DNA of 64,000 nt from Vicugna vicugna (Eukaryota): positions 1,054,001 through 1,118,000 of the forward strand of contig MU063601.1 of NCBI GenBank assembly GCA_013265495.1, read 5' to 3'. Below the pieces are notes generated by a model. It saw nothing but the letters and a program-made list of their open reading frames with translations. It had not been told where the DNA came from and searched no databases. This document shows positions 1-13,030 of the stretch, piece by piece; position 1 is the first letter of the stretch, and the number at the start of each line of letters is the position of its first letter. Both the position numbers and the translations under genes were made by a program.

Positions 1-379
1 ATCAGCTAGGGGAGACAGTGGGCCAGGTCAAGAGGGGTCTCGAATGCCAGGCTGAGGGGGTCTCTGCCTGTTTCTGCCCCTCCCTGTCTGCTGCGTATTG
101 GTGCCAGCAATGGGCTGTCTACCTGGCTAGGTCCAACCCCTTTGCCCTGGCCACTCTTCCAGACCTGTCCTGGCCACGCGTGCTGTTGCCTGTGGGTCAG
201 TCCTGAGCCGACAGCACTGGTGGAGGCTCGGGTGCTGGAGGGTCTGGGGTAGATCAGGTGCGCAGTGCCAAGAGCCGGGGCTCTGGAGCCACAAAACTGG
301 GGTTCAAGCCCCCAGTTCCCTCACCGACTCACTTCTCTGTGCCTCCCCTGTGACTTGGGGAGTCATAATGCTGCTCCCA

Positions 380-730
380 GGATGGCGTTTCGTTCACAGA
401 GATGGGATGGCCGTGAGAGGAGCAGGCTGGGGATGGGGACAGTCAGGAGCTCAGTCTTGGGTGTTGAGTTTGAGATGCCCATTAGACAGCTGGGAGGAGA
501 TGTCTGAGATGCCCATTAGACAGCTGGGAGGAGACGTCTGAGATGCCCATTAGATAGCTGGAGGGAGACGTCGAGAAGGCAGCTGGACTGAACAACCTGG
601 GGTTTCAGGCTGGAGGAACGCACTTGGGAGTCATCAGTGATGGGACCCAAGTGAATGAAGCCTTGGGACCCTCTGGGTCCATCTAGGGAAGGGGAGCAGA
701 TAGAGAAGAGAAGAGCTCTGAGCCTCCCCA
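380..730 (-). mobile_element. L2 LINE fragment (ancient)
   Basis: gagtttgagatgcccattagacag...ttgggagtcatcagtgatgg...tagagaagagaag matches the reverse complement of the recalled L2 body. Confidence 0.8.
471..572. repeat. 34-bp tandem repeat, 3 copies, inside L2
   Basis: Unit tgagatgcccattagacagctgggaggagaYgtc starts at 471, 505 and 539. Confidence 0.95.
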
Positions 731-1744
731 CCCCTCAGAGCTGTACGTAACGAGGGTCGCATGCAGGCAGAGAGCTGCCCCCTCAGCGGGTGCTGAGCCC
801 CTCCTCTGGGGCCCTCCCTTTCCCGACCTGTCAACCAGCCACCGGCTGAGCTGACCTCTCAGGAACCCTTCCTGGAGCAGATGCTGAAGATGTCGCCTCC
901 TCTCCCTCCTTGCCACCTCCTTCTGACACAGCGGGTGAGGGCAGCAGGCCCAGGGGCTCCAGGCTGCGACTCCCACTCCTGTCCTGCGTAGTTAGTCCCA
1001 GGTTAATAGTCAACCAAGGATTCTCCTCCAGTGCCTGTGCAGAGCCCCCCTCCCCAATTCAGGCGGTAAGGAGAGGAGACGAGGGGGACTCTGAGGCATT
1101 GCTGGGTTCTCAGGTGGGGAGGGCCGGAGGACTGTGGAGTGTGTTAAAATGAACAACTAGGTACTGCCACGTGGATAGGAGTGGGGGCAGAAGCACCCAG
1201 CGGACAGAAGCTCTCCGGCCTCCCTGTCCTTGCTCATCTCAGCTCTGACCCCACCTCCCGCTGCAGCCCAGGATTTCCTCTTCCCAGGCCACCCAGTAGA
1301 CTGAGGACATCCAAGGCTCCCAGGCCTAGATCCCAGTTTGTTGGGTCAAGCGTCCCCTCCTGGCCCGACTAGCTCGGGCCAGAGGGTGTGGTCACATATT
1401 GCAGACTCCTTGGAGCCCAGAGGAGGTAAGCGTGCCTGCTAGGGGTGGAGGATGATTCCTGGAGGAGAAGAGGGGTCGCTGTGAGTCGGGTGGGCATCTG
1501 GGAAGGGTTGCAACAGCCCAGAGTTGACACCGGTGAGCCAGGGGTTGGTAAATACATGGGAGCTGGTTTGGCAGAGAAAGGGAAGAGGCGGAGGGTGTGG
1601 GGTTTGGAGGGGATGCCTGTGACATTGTGGAGGTGGGAGAGCTGCCCTCAGCCTGCCCATCGCTGCTGCGGCGTTTCATTTTGCTTCCCTTCTCAGACGA
1701 AGTAGAAACGTCATCTTCAGAAAGCGCCTTAATAGTTTACGGTT

Positions 1745-1902
1745 GTTCACTTTATTTCTTTACTTGATGATTGTTGCTCTTTCCCACGTGACTATCAGTC
1801 CAGGAGGTGGGACCCTGTCTTCATCACTGTGGTCCCAGGGAAGGCCTGCTGGGCATGGAAGGCGCCCGATTCATGTGAGTGGAGCGAATGAATGAATGAA
1901 TG
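1745..1902 (+). mobile_element. L2 3' end
   Basis: gggaccctgtcttcatcactgtggtcccag...gaatgaatgaatgaatg is the typical L2 terminus with a (GAAT)n tail. Confidence 0.7.
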
Positions 1903-2019
1903 CTAATGGGGAGCAGAAGCCTCAAAAGGGAAGGAAGTAATAACCCTTGGTTTTATGTTTTATTCAAGCAGTTGTAAGTATCACCATCCTTAACAACCAT
2001 GAATCTTCATCGCACACCT

Positions 2020-2220
2020 GGTAAGTGTCGGGCCTGTGCTGAGAGCCTTACACCTGTTTTCTCATTTGACCTCCAATCACAGCAACCTGGGAGGAGGTGA
2101 GGGTGCTCCCACATCTAACAGGGGAGGGTGGGAGACCCTCGGGTGCAAAGTGCCCCAGGGGCCTGTGGCTGGTGAGGAACAAAGCTGGGACTTGAGGCCC
2201 TGCCTGGCTCCAGGTCCCTG
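2020..2220 (-). mobile_element. MIR SINE
   Basis: cctgtgctgagagccttaca...ctcatttgacctcc...gctgggacttgaggccc is a degenerate reverse-strand MIR. Confidence 0.6.
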
Positions 2221-3349
2221 TCAGAACCACATGCCGTCTGCCCTACTGTGTGCAGGTCCTGCCCTGGGGCTTGGAGATGGACAGGCCGTCTTGCGCCAAG
2301 AGGGTCCCATTGTGAGTCAGGGAGACCGAGTCGTACAGTGAGTAATGAAGGATGTCTTCAGTGGTTCAGCTGTCTGGACCTCATTCCACCAAGGCCCAGA
2401 CTGGGGCAGGGGCTTGCCTGTTGGGACAGGGCCTCCGGGTCCTGCAGGAGGAAGGAGTGAGGTGAAGCGGTGGGGAAAGTCAGAAGCTCTGGGTGGGTCA
2501 AGTGATGGCTGTTCACCGAGGATGCTGGGATCCAGGGGCTTGGACCCCAGGCTGCAGTCCAGGGCCCAGCACAGCCTTGGGCAGGCTGCCTGGTCATCTG
2601 TGTGGGCTCCAGGGAGATTAGCGAGGCAGCCACGTGGGGGTGGATGGAGGGGAGAGACGGTATGAATTTGGGTCATGTTGACATGATGTGGAGGCAGGTG
2701 GTGGAAAAGAAAAAAAAAATTACAGAAAAGCACAGCAGCAACAGCCCTGCCTTGGCAAAGTGTCAGTCAGCAGGGTACTGGGTCTGTATCAGAGACCTAG
2801 AACTTTCTAAAAGTGAGGTGTTGTGATGTTGTCACTTTGTAGGGATAGAGAGGGGGCGGAGGGCCCAGGGCTGGCCCTAAAGTCACAGGAAGGGATGGAG
2901 GCAGCTCGGTCCCTGTTCTCCCTGGGAATCCTCCTGCCGTCTTGGGAGGGCTGACAAAGGTCTGTGGCTGATCACCTCACAGCTGAGAGGGGCTGGGTGG
3001 TAGCAAAGGCCCCCAGGCTTGTCTTGGCTGCCTGGGGTTAATGGCCTCATTTCCCAAGTTCCCTGCATCCTCCGGAACGTAGACCCCTGACAGCAGGGCC
3101 TGTCCGGTTGTTCCTGACTCTCCCCACGCTCTGCACGGTGCCACATGGATGAAGGAGCAAATGTCAGCCCCTTCACCTTCCCCCACACCCACTCTAGCGT
3201 GTTCCCAGGGCGGGTGACTTAGCCTATAGTACGAGGTTTCACGGCTCAGCCAGCGCCACACAGCACCCAACGCGGGCTGGCACTCAGGTCCCTGGGCCCT
3301 CAAAGTGGTTCCAGAGAATGAGACATGCTGCCCCTGTCCTGCTCGGGTG

Positions 3350-3575
3350 CAGGCTCTGGGGACAGAGCATGTCTGGGTTCAAACCCGGAAGCTCCTTCTA
3401 CAAAGCGTGTCATAGCGGGTGACATCTTAACTGCTCTGAGCGTCAGTTTCCCCTTCTGTAATCTACTGCAGAGGGTGCTCGTGAGGGTTAAGTGAAAATA
3501 ATGCGCATGGAGCGCTTAGCACAGAGCTGGGCACGTGATAGGCAGCCAAGGAACTGTGATGTTACTATTATTATT
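3350..3575 (+). mobile_element. MIR SINE (near full length)
   Basis: tctgggttcaaaccc...tcagtttccc...gtgagggttaagtga...gcgcttagcacag...tattattatt. Confidence 0.8.
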
Positions 3576-4989
3576 TAGCAGTTGTTGTTTATTGTGACGG
3601 TGTCTGTGGTTCCAGGCCTTGCCTGTCCTGTCCCTGCTGAGTTCCTGGGACCCGCGCTGGCCTGGCTCACAGTAGGTGCTCAGAAGCCACTGCCAGTGGC
3701 CGGGGGTGCAGCTGGATGGGCCTCCCTGATGCCTTTAGGGACAGCAGCAGAACCACGTGACTCTCGAAGCAGGAGCAACTTTGTGGAATCCTCAGTCTCA
3801 TCCCTTCGGCTGGGATCCATTTCCTTATGGATTCAGCGACTTAACGTGCCAGCTGGGCTCTGGCAGAGCCAGCGGCAAAATGACAAGGAGCCAAGGTCTC
3901 GGTGCCCTTTGCTCCGGCTTTTATCTGCCTGATTTCACGGGGCTGGCGCCCCGGCCGCCACTCAGCTGGAGAAATGTCCAAACTGTGTTAAATCACAGGA
4001 TGCAGGCAGGCGATAGCAGAGCACTTGTCACCCACCTCTGCTGGTCTCTCTGGTCCTGAGCCCGTGGCTCATTTTACCTGCATTTTCCCATAATCACAGT
4101 CTTGGAATTGGAAGCAGTTTTCTCGAAATGAGAGCTGGTGGTGGCCGGGCACGTGCACTCACATGCTGCAGCCAGCGGTGGCTCCACAAGTTTCATGCCG
4201 GACAGCACCTGGGGTGGAGCGCCCAGCCGGGCGGACAAGTCACAGGCAGCTGTTGGGCTGAGCTGCTTTCTCCTTTAAGTCTTTATAAGTTTTTTAAAAC
4301 ATGGAAGTGATGCAAGCTCCCTGTAAACATCCAAGCATTGAAGCAGTGTGTATTTTAAGTGTCCTGTTTCCCCAGCTCAAAACCCACTTCCGGGTGAAAC
4401 ACTGCAGGCATCGATGACAATGAACTGCCTGAAACGTGCCTGCTGTTCAGGCTTTTGGATTTGCTATCCTCAGTCCTGCCCTGCAAGGTAGCTTCTGCTG
4501 TTCTCCCTTTTTAAGGACAGGCAAAGGGGCTCAGAGCTGCAGAGGGACTCCCCCAAGACCACTTGGCTGCTTTCAGAGCAGGGACTGAACTCGCATCTGA
4601 GCAAGAGCGCCCTCTCACGTCCCTCCGCTCCCTGTTAGCGGCACGGCACATGTCTGCTTTTTCCCTGAGTGTATAATGACTTCTCTCTTTTTTACAAACA
4701 CAGGGTTATACTCCAAGCATCATTTGGCAGCTTGCTTTTTTATTTTCAGAGAGTATTTTCCTACGCGGCTCTGGCTCATTTCTTTCTTTTTCAGCAGCTG
4801 CCCAGTGTCCTTTTGTCAGAAGCTGGTTCTTTTCAGGTGAGCGTTTAGGTTGTTTTTGAGTTTTCTGCTCTTGCTGGCAGTGCTGCGATGCACATAACCC
4901 CCTGACTTTCCCCCCAAGTATTCACTTTGACAATGTAAGTGCTTTCTGAATATTTCTCTTTGTCAGATAGTTGAACAATGTAGATAAAG

Positions 4990-5475
4990 AAAAACTTCCC
5001 TGGGCTACCCTTCTTCGAAACTCACCTCTGTATTTCAATCCCTTCTCCCTAGTAACCACTGTTATCAGAGTGACATATAATCCTTATAGACTCATTTCTA
5101 TGCACTTATATACATACATATGCATGTGTTTTTGCTATGGGTGTTTTAAAAAACATAAAAGGTATGCAATATGCATTTTGGTGCATCTGGCTTTTTTTTT
5201 CCATTAATAAAATCCCAGACATCTTCCTATGTCAGTACATAGATAGCCACCTCATTCTTTTTAACAAGGTCACATGTCATGTTCTGTGACATGGATGCTT
5301 CATCTTTTTTCTTTTTTTTAAACCATTGCCCTATTGATAGATATTTAGATATTCCACTTTTTCCTCTCCATAAAAAGTACTGCAGGAAACATCCTTGTGA
5401 ATGTCTCATTGTGTGCACATGGGATCATTTCTGTAGTATCAGTCCCCAGAAGTGGAATTGCTGGGCTCAAGGCTT
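4990..5475 (-). mobile_element. old L1 (L1ME-like) 3' fragment
   Basis: gtaaccactgtt...cattgccctattgatagatatttagat...ccagaagtggaattgctgggctcaagg are hallmark reverse-strand L1 3' motifs. Confidence 0.8.
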
Positions 5476-6029
5476 TGCCAAGCTGAGTCTGTGTGAGGTC
5501 ACAGGAGGCTGGGCAGGATGTGGGCTGTGGATTCCAGGTGGCTGTTTACTGCAGGCAGCATGAGGCAAGACGGCAGGGGATCTGGCCTTTGCCTAATAGT
5601 CCACTTGCTGTAGCCATGTTTTTGGACAGCTCTTGGTGACCCTGCCAACTCCAGTCAGATCTCTGCTGGGCAGCTATTTGGACAAAATTGTCAGAACAGC
5701 CGTGTGTCACAAAGCCCCACATACTGTCTGACTCTTTCTCTCCTCCTCCTTGTACTGACTGGAGGGTGGGCTGACCAGTTGCGTTGGTGGTTTTTAGTGT
5801 GTTTCTACCAGTTAGCTCTAGGAGCGATCAGGGGGAAAGGGGCAATAAACTGTTCAGGTACCAACCATTGCCTGGACGTGGGTCTGTACTTTTGTGTTTG
5901 CTTGTTGGTCACGTACTTGTCGTTGGTTTGTTTTTAACCTGCTCACTAGCCTCCCTCATGACCAGGTCATGGCACAGATTTTCCATTTTTGTCCTCCCTT
6001 CAATTATAGTTCTTTGGCCCCCAGGCTTC

Positions 6030-6468
6030 CCAGTTAAGATCACAGGGATGGGTGTGTGACCCTGGCTGGCCAGTCAGAGTACTGCATCCCTAAGCCACAA
6101 GAATTGGCTCAGGGCTGGTCAATCAAGCTTTTCCCTGGGATTTGCTGCTGGAGTCTATGGAAGAAACTCCCTTCTGCCCTTGGAATCAGAGCTCAAAGTA
6201 GATTCTTGGGGTCACCCTCCCTGGCCTTGTGGGGCACGCCCAGGTGTAGTGGAGAAGCTGAGGCCATTTTTTCAGAAAGAAGCAGAGAGAGATGAGACAT
6301 GGTAGACAGAGTGTCCTGGGGATACAAGATCCTGCTTCTGGCCATTCTTCTTACTGCCCCAAGAGCTCCTGAGCCTCTTTCCCAGCCCTGGGGGCAATCA
6401 GCCCCCTTCTGAAGCCCTCAGCTGCTGGACTGGGGTCTATTGCTGTAGTCCAGAGTTCTGACTAATAT
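6030..6468. mobile_element. old ERVL/MaLR-type LTR
   Basis: Ends in the LTR-terminal-like ...ccagagttctgactaata; internal gccacaagaattggctcagg and agaagcagagagagatgagac motifs. Confidence 0.5.
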
Positions 6469-6559
6469 TAGGGGTGGGCTCATGAAGTTGTGAGGGCTCT
6501 GGATGGACAGAAAGCAGGTTGGTTGGGTACCAGGGTTTTCTCTGACCCAGCTGCCTGAC

Positions 6560-7085
6560 TTGAATATCTCTTCCTCCATTCTGTCCACTCTGTTTTCTGA
6601 AACTCAAATCAAACATGACACTCTATTTCTTAAAACTCTTCAATGTCTCCCCATTTTCCTTTGGATCATGCCCAAACTCCTTAGCCCACTGGGGTGGGCC
6701 CTGCATGGATTGGGCCTTGCCTGTCACCCATCACTGACCACACATTAGGTTCTGGCCATCTTTCTGCTCCATTCATAGGTCATCCTTTCTCTCCTCCGTG
6801 CCTTTGCACATGCTGTTCCTTCAGCCTGAAATACCTTTCCATTGCTTTTCTGTCTTACTGTCTCCCCTGTTGACTCCCTCCGAAGCCTCCCTGCTCCACT
6901 GCTCTGAGCCCCCAGAGCATGGCATTGTTCAGCTCTGTGGTCATTGTTTAATGGTCTGTTTTCTTCAAAGGACTCTGGAGCCTGTGAAAGCAAGTTCATG
7001 TCTATCTTGTTTGTTACTACCTTCATTGCTTCCAGCTTCCAGCATACTGTTAATAAATATGTGGGGAAATAATCAATGAATGAGC
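6560..7085 (+). mobile_element. L2 3' fragment
   Basis: aaaactcttcaatgtctcccc...cccaaactcctt...gcctttgcacatgctgttcc...aataaatatgt...aatgaatga. Confidence 0.85.
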
Positions 7086-7097
7086 CCCATTCAAGAG

Positions 7098-7300
7098 GCA
7101 CAGGGTGTGATGGAAATAGCTCAAATTTGGAGCAAGACCAACCTGGTTTCTGATGCTGCCTGTATACTTCACTATCCCTTGGCCAATTCCTTCACTGTTC
7201 TAAGCCTCATTTCCTGAAAAACCAGATGGCAATATTATTGCCCACCTGTTGGCTATTGTGGGAAAGATAGTGAAGGTGATAGTGTTTGGAGAACTTGAAA
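7098..7300 (+). mobile_element. MIR SINE
   Basis: Degenerate MIR head and core (ctaagcctcatttcctga). Confidence 0.6.
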
Positions 7301-7509
7301 GCATTTATTTTTTTAAGCTACTGGTCAATGATAATCAATAAACAGAAATTGTTGTGACAAATATGTTGGCCTTCCCTCCTCCCTCAGGTTGAAAATAACT
7401 AATACCTGATTTATAGGGGAGGAGAAAGAGAGAGGCACACACATCAAGAGCTATAACGTGCCAAATGCTCTTACTACAAGAAGCTGAACATACTAATTTT
7501 CTCCAGAAG

Positions 7510-8620
7510 GGGCTTCGGTGACTTTCATTAGATTCATTGCTAGGTGTTTTATACTTTTTTTTTCCTTCTGTAAATATCTTTCTTTTTTCTTTTACTTAGA
7601 CATGGAGGTGTAATTCAGCATAATATATCGATTTTGTATCGAATACACTTCTTTCTTTTTAATTTTTATTTTTGATTGAGGCATAACTGACAAATAAAAT
7701 GGAAAGATATTTAAAGTATACAACATGATTATTTGATATAAATATAAACTGCTTGATTAATTCTATTTATTTATCTGTAGAATCTTTTAGATTTTCTCCA
7801 CCATCTCGTCATCTGCAAATAATGACAGTTGTTTCTTCCTTCCACCTTTCATTTATTTTCTTTCTAACCTTCTGAGAAGTGGTGATGGAAGGTATTCTTG
7901 TCTTAGTTCTGGTTTCAGAGGGAAAGCTGTTTCCACTGCACCATAATGTGTGATATTTGCACTAGATTTTTCAGAGATGCTCTTTATTCTGCTAAGAAAG
8001 TCTAATTTATTCTTAGTTTGCTGGGAATTTACTTTTGAAAGGATACTGAATTTTATTTGCATCTGTTAAGATATTTATGCTTTTTTCTTTTTTAACTTTT
8101 TAATGTGATAAAATCATCACACTAATTACTTTTAAAATGTTAAACTAACCTTGCATTCCTGGAATAATCCCAACTTGTCATGATATGTTTATTATTTATA
8201 TGTTGATGGATTTCACATACTAATGATATGTTTAAGAACTTTGCATTTTTGTTCTGGAGTGAATTTGGTCTGTGATTTTCCATTCTTATATTGTGCTTGT
8301 CTGGGTTTGGCATCAAGATTCTATTAGCTTCATACTCTGTGCGTGTTTTGGAAAGATTAGATTGATCTCTACCTGGAATGTTTGAGAAAGCATGTTGCAA
8401 ACCATCTGGGCCGGCGTCTTTGTGGGAAGATTTCTGCTTCTAATCCAGATTCTTTAATTCTTTCCTAATGTTATCTAATTATGCAGTTTTAAAAATGTCT
8501 TTTTGAGTCAGATTTCATAAGTTGTATTTTTACTGGAATGGGTCAGTGTCATGTGTTTTCAAATTTTTTGTCATAAAGTTATTCCTGATATTTTCCTATT
8601 TATTTATTTAATCCCTGTAG
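7510..8620 (-). mobile_element. L1 ORF2 (RT-region) remnant, decayed
   Basis: ORF-track peptides EANRILMPNPDK...ENHRPNSLQNKNAKFLN and ANITHYGAVETAFPLKPELRQEYLPSPLL are decayed versions of L1 ORF2 ASITLIPKPDKD..ENYRPISLMNIDAKILN and [29 protein letters not shown]. Confidence 0.92.
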
Positions 8621-9032
8621 CTTCTACGGTTGAAGTGCAGTGGCTGAACACACAGACTCGGAAGCTGATGGCTTGCATTCACATCCTGGGCTGCATGACC
8701 CCAAAGGGGCTGGAAGTAGCAGGGGCCGGAGGGAAGGAGCAGATGCCAAGCCCTGCCTTCTACCTTCTTCCCAGCAGAGGTCCCTGAACTCCTGTCAGGG
8801 AGCAGGATCAGGTGGGTGGCTAGACCAGCCTGGACTTTTCAGTGCTGGCCAGTGGACAGGACAAAGTCCATAGAATATTGGTCTGTCTGCAGGGACTGCA
8901 GAACTTGGGGTCCACTTGGAGATCCTTGCTGGGTGAGGAGGGCCTTAGGTGGAGCACATTTGAAGGCAGAATTGGGGGAGTTTTATTTCTGTTTGTGCCT
9001 CCATCAAGTTCTGTCCATTTCATAGACTGGTT

Positions 9033-9084
9033 ACACACACACACACACACATATATATATACATACACATATACATATATGTGT
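9033..9084. repeat. (CA)n/(TA)n compound microsatellite
   Basis: acacacacacacacacacatatatatatacatacacatatacatatatgtgta, read directly; abuts an L1 tail. Confidence 0.95.
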
Positions 9085-9548
9085 ATTTTTTTTCAATTGA
9101 AATATAGTTGATTTATGATGTGTTAGTTTCTGGTGTATAGTATAGTGATTCAGTTATACATATATATATATTCTTTTTCATTATAGACTATTACAAGATA
9201 TTGAATGTAGTTCTCTGTGTTATATAATTAGGACCTTGTTGTTTGTCTATTTTATATATAGTAGTTTGTATCTGCTAATCCCAGACTCCTAATTTATCCC
9301 TCCCCACCCCTCTTTCCCCTTGGATAACCCTAAGTTTGTTTTCTATATCTTGTGAGTTTCTTTCTGTTTTGTAAATAAGTTCATTTGTATAATTTTTTTG
9401 ATTCCACATGTAAGTGATATCATATGATATTTGTCTTTCTTTGTCCAATATTCTTCACTTAGTATGATAATCTCCAGATCCATCCATGTTCCTGCAAATG
9501 GCATTAGTTCATTCTTTTTTATGGCTGAGTAGTGGTCCATTGTGTATG
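9085..9548 (-). mobile_element. 5'-truncated L1 3' end (cetartiodactyl-type)
   Basis: Peptide YSAIKKNELMPFAGTWMDLEIIILSE...KDKYHMISLTCGI is the L1 ORF2 C-terminus; followed by a 3'UTR and a T-rich tail. Confidence 0.95.
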
Positions 9549-9579
9549 AGGCATAGGGACTCCTATATGTCTCTCCCTC

Positions 9580-9970
9580 AATGCCTCAGATATAAATATA
9601 TTTACCACAGGGCTATTTATAATAGCAAAAAAAATGGGAACAATCTAAACTCAACAAGAGGAGTTTAGTTAAGTAAATTGTGGACCCTCTGGAATATTCC
9701 TCAGGTGATGGAGCATTGTTTACACTTCTACTGGATGGCAAATGCTTAAGGTTATAATATTAAATGTTTAAAAAGTCCTAGGATGTTAAATTATACATAC
9801 AGATCAATAATAGCCATGCCCGAAAAACTGATTAAAAAATATTGAAAGAAATGCAACCAAATGTTAAAAATACACCTTTGGGTGTTGAAAACACACATTA
9901 AAAAGAAAAGAAAAAACAAAGCACTTACTTTTTCTAATTACTAGTGTGCACTGATTTCATTTAATTTAAA
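9580..9970 (+). mobile_element. old L1 3' fragment
   Basis: gctatttataatagcaaaaaaaatgggaacaatctaaac...gttaagtaaattgtgg. Confidence 0.7.
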
Positions 9971-10019
9971 AATGAATATCGCTATTATTATTGTTTGTCT
10001 GACTAAGCAGTTAATAGAC

Positions 10020-10670
10020 GCTTTCCCACATTTCCCCCTGCCCACCGCAGGAAGGGAAATCTCTCATCTCCTCTCTCCTCCAGACTTCTTCAGGGGTTGG
10101 CAGTTTGCTTGTCAGACCTCTGGAGTCTTTCCTTTTTATAAGAATGAGATCATATTTAACACATTTGTTCTCAACTTTCCTTTTCTCCTTCTAATTTGTC
10201 TTGGAAATGTCTCTCTGACAGCGTTATAAATTTACCTCATTAAAAAAAAACTGTAAAGAAAAACCAACCCCCCCAAAAACCTGTATTTCATCCCATTGTG
10301 TGAATGAGCCACAACTTATTAGCCAGTGCCCTCCCCCCACCCACCCTGCATTGATGGACATTTGGAGGTTTCCAGTTTCTTTCTGTACAAGCAGTGTGTA
10401 CATTTCTCAGTATTTTTGTTCCCCCGCTTTTATTTTAAATAAAGTTACTGGAAACTGAACCCAGGACTTCGACTTCATGCTTTACCACTGAGATATTACC
10501 ACCCACCATCAGCATTTTCTGGTATTTTTGTGTACACTTCTGTAAGGTAAATTCCGGAATGTGGACTGGCTGGCCCAAATGATATAAGCATTTAAATGTT
10601 GATCAGCATTGCTCATTGCCTTCCAAAATCCTGTACCCATTTATACTCCCACCAGCTCTGTCTGAGGGGG
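10020..10670 (-). mobile_element. old L1 (L1ME-like) fragment
   Basis: cccattgtgtgaatgagccacaac...ttgatggacatttggaggtttccag...atttatactcccaccagc. Confidence 0.75.
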
Positions 10671-12929
10671 CCTGGGCATTGTTTTTACAATAGAGATAAG
10701 AAAGAGAAAATAAACTTTAGCATTCTTTAAAATTTTAAATGATTACCCCTAAGCTTCCTTACTCCCATCTCTAGGGCTCTGCATCCCTGAGCGGCAGGGG
10801 TGTCCTAGGCCATCAGGTCTCAGGTCTGATGCTGAGCAGTGTGCTTACAACATACCTTAAGATACCTACTTCCAGGGAGATGGTGCACATTTTAATGCGT
10901 ATTTCAAATGTGGGCCAGTATAACAGAACTGCTCATTTTCTTTTTGATTATCATGTACACATATAGTCTGAAAAATTCTACTTTTTTAAAAAAATAATCT
11001 TTGGTATTTCACAGATTTCTACTATGAACATGAGAGTAATGTATTTTATTTATTTTTTTCATTATGATATGACAACTAAGTGGCAAATGACTCAAGCATT
11101 AAAAAAAAAACTAATTCCACCCATTCCTCAAGGTTCTACTTAGAATAAACTATTGGCCACGGCTCAGGCAGCCCAGGTTCCAGGCTAGCTTCTGTCACTT
11201 CCTCATTGTATGACCTGAGCCAACCTGCCTCAGTCTCCCTATCTGTGCAATGGGTGCTCAGGGCTTCATCTTGACCCCCGCCCCTATCTATCCTGGCTCA
11301 ACCTCCCTGCCCCTGGGACTTGTGTCCAGAGTCTGAAGTTTGGGCAGTTTGGGGAAATGCATTTTTCCTCATCCTCCACAGGGCTGATATGGCCCTGGGG
11401 TTCTGGTCCCCTGCCAGGGTTCTGGATGCTGTTTCTGGACTTACTGATTTGGGAGTACAGATGTGTCCCTGTCTCCTGTCCTGGAGGACAGGCTGGGGGA
11501 GACCCCATGAGTCTTCTTGTGACCTTGAGGAGCCCTGGAGTGGACCTGGAGTCTCTGTCCAAGCTGGGGCACTGAAGGCTGATCCAAGTGGGCAAGAGAG
11601 GGCACCCTGGCTATGAGGGGAAGGGCTGTTGGATAAGCAAATCAGTCCAGCCCAGAGACTTCAAGGAACTCCCCCAGAGTCACACAGGTTGTTTACAGAT
11701 CTCCGAGATGGGCACCCATTTCACAGATGGGGAAACTGAGGCCATTGGCCTTGGATCACATAATAAGGAAGAATCAGAGGCTGGCCTGGACCCTGGGCTT
11801 ATTCCAAGCAAAACTTTGAGGAATGGGTAGCGGTTACTGGGACAGAAGGAAAAGGGGGCTGAGATTCTGCATGCACTGAGGATGGTCCCCCTCAGGGGGC
11901 CGTTCTGACAGTTGAATGATGTGATGTATGGAAAATGTCCCTCACGGAAGCATGTGGTACCTGCTGTGGCTCTCGGCCTTCATCCTCCTGCTTACTGTCT
12001 GCTGCTTGAAGGGTCATGACCGTCAGAGCTTCCAGACCATCAACTCTAACCTTTCTACTGATGGGAAACCCAGAGGCTCAGAGAGATTGATACCTTGCTC
12101 AGGGCCGCACAGCAACTGAGTAGCAGGGCTGGGATTTAAACTCAGGCCCCTGAGATGCCGAAGGCTGCTCTGCACCGCTGCCTGTCTGCCAGTCCTCCTA
12201 TTTCCTGCCACGGGCTGCTGCCATGCCTCAGGCCCAACCACAGTGATCCGTTTCGCTCCACCTGTGAGTCAGGCTCCTGGTGGCCTGTCCCCGTGGCTGG
12301 GACTGCAGATGTGGGGGAGCGGCTGGGCCTGGCTCTGAGTTAGCACTTCCCACAGCTGCTGTTATCCGTCTGCTCATCTGGGAGGCCAAGAAGCAAGTCC
12401 GGAACCACATGGGACCAGACGATTCCTCTGGAATTCTGATCCCCTTCCCAGGTGATGGGGAAGCAGGAGAGGGTTTTGCCTGCATCTCTCCGGGAACCTC
12501 ACCTCCTCCCTGTCCCTGTGCCTCCTCTTGTCCTAGGTCCCCAGTCTGAGCTCATCTGGAACATTACAACCACCTCCTGACTCCCCATCGCAGTATTCCA
12601 CCTGCCTTACTACTGGCCCAGAGAGAACATTCTAGAGCACAGCTCTGATTTTGTGCTGCTTCTGCTGTGCGACCCTCCCCTGCCAAGAGACAAACGTCCT
12701 GCCCCATGGGGTGGCCATGTCGCCACGCCCGTTTGGCTGTCCCGTGCTCTGACTTCCCTCTGGAGAGTTTCCCCTTTGCCTATTCTGGTGGTGGGTTTGG
12801 GCAGGAGTGGGCGCACCCTCAGCCCCCTGGGGCTCGCCTGATTTTGGGTTCTCAGTGAAGATTATAAACACGAAGCAAGGCTGGTGTTTGTCTCTGGGTT
12901 TGGTGTCCTTGGACTGAACTTGCTCACGG

Positions 12930-13030
12930 CATGTCTCGTTTGTGGGTCCTCCCCCCAGAGCCTGGCACAGGCTGGAGTACAGTAGGCACTCAATAAATGG
13001 CCCATGAATGAATGAATGAATGAATGAATG
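12930..13030 (+). mobile_element. L2 3' end with (TGAA)n tail
   Basis: gcctggcacag...cagtaggcactcaataaat...tgaatgaatgaatgaatgaatgaatg. Confidence 0.85.

Noticed and set aside
471-572. CRISPR-like array
   Set aside because: The copies are contiguous tandem repeats without unique spacers, inside a mammalian L2, and there are no cas genes.
2013-2026. Consensus donor CTG|GTAAGT
   Set aside because: It lies at a MIR tail with no convincing upstream acceptor or exon.
5480-5960. Unassigned segment with AATAAA (about 5845) as a possible LTR or 3' end
   Set aside because: I could not match it to any family or find supporting terminal structure.
7853-8400. Functional reverse transcriptase CDS (also 45142-46451)
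   Set aside because: Fragmented, frameshifted and heavily substituted L1 ORF2 remnants.
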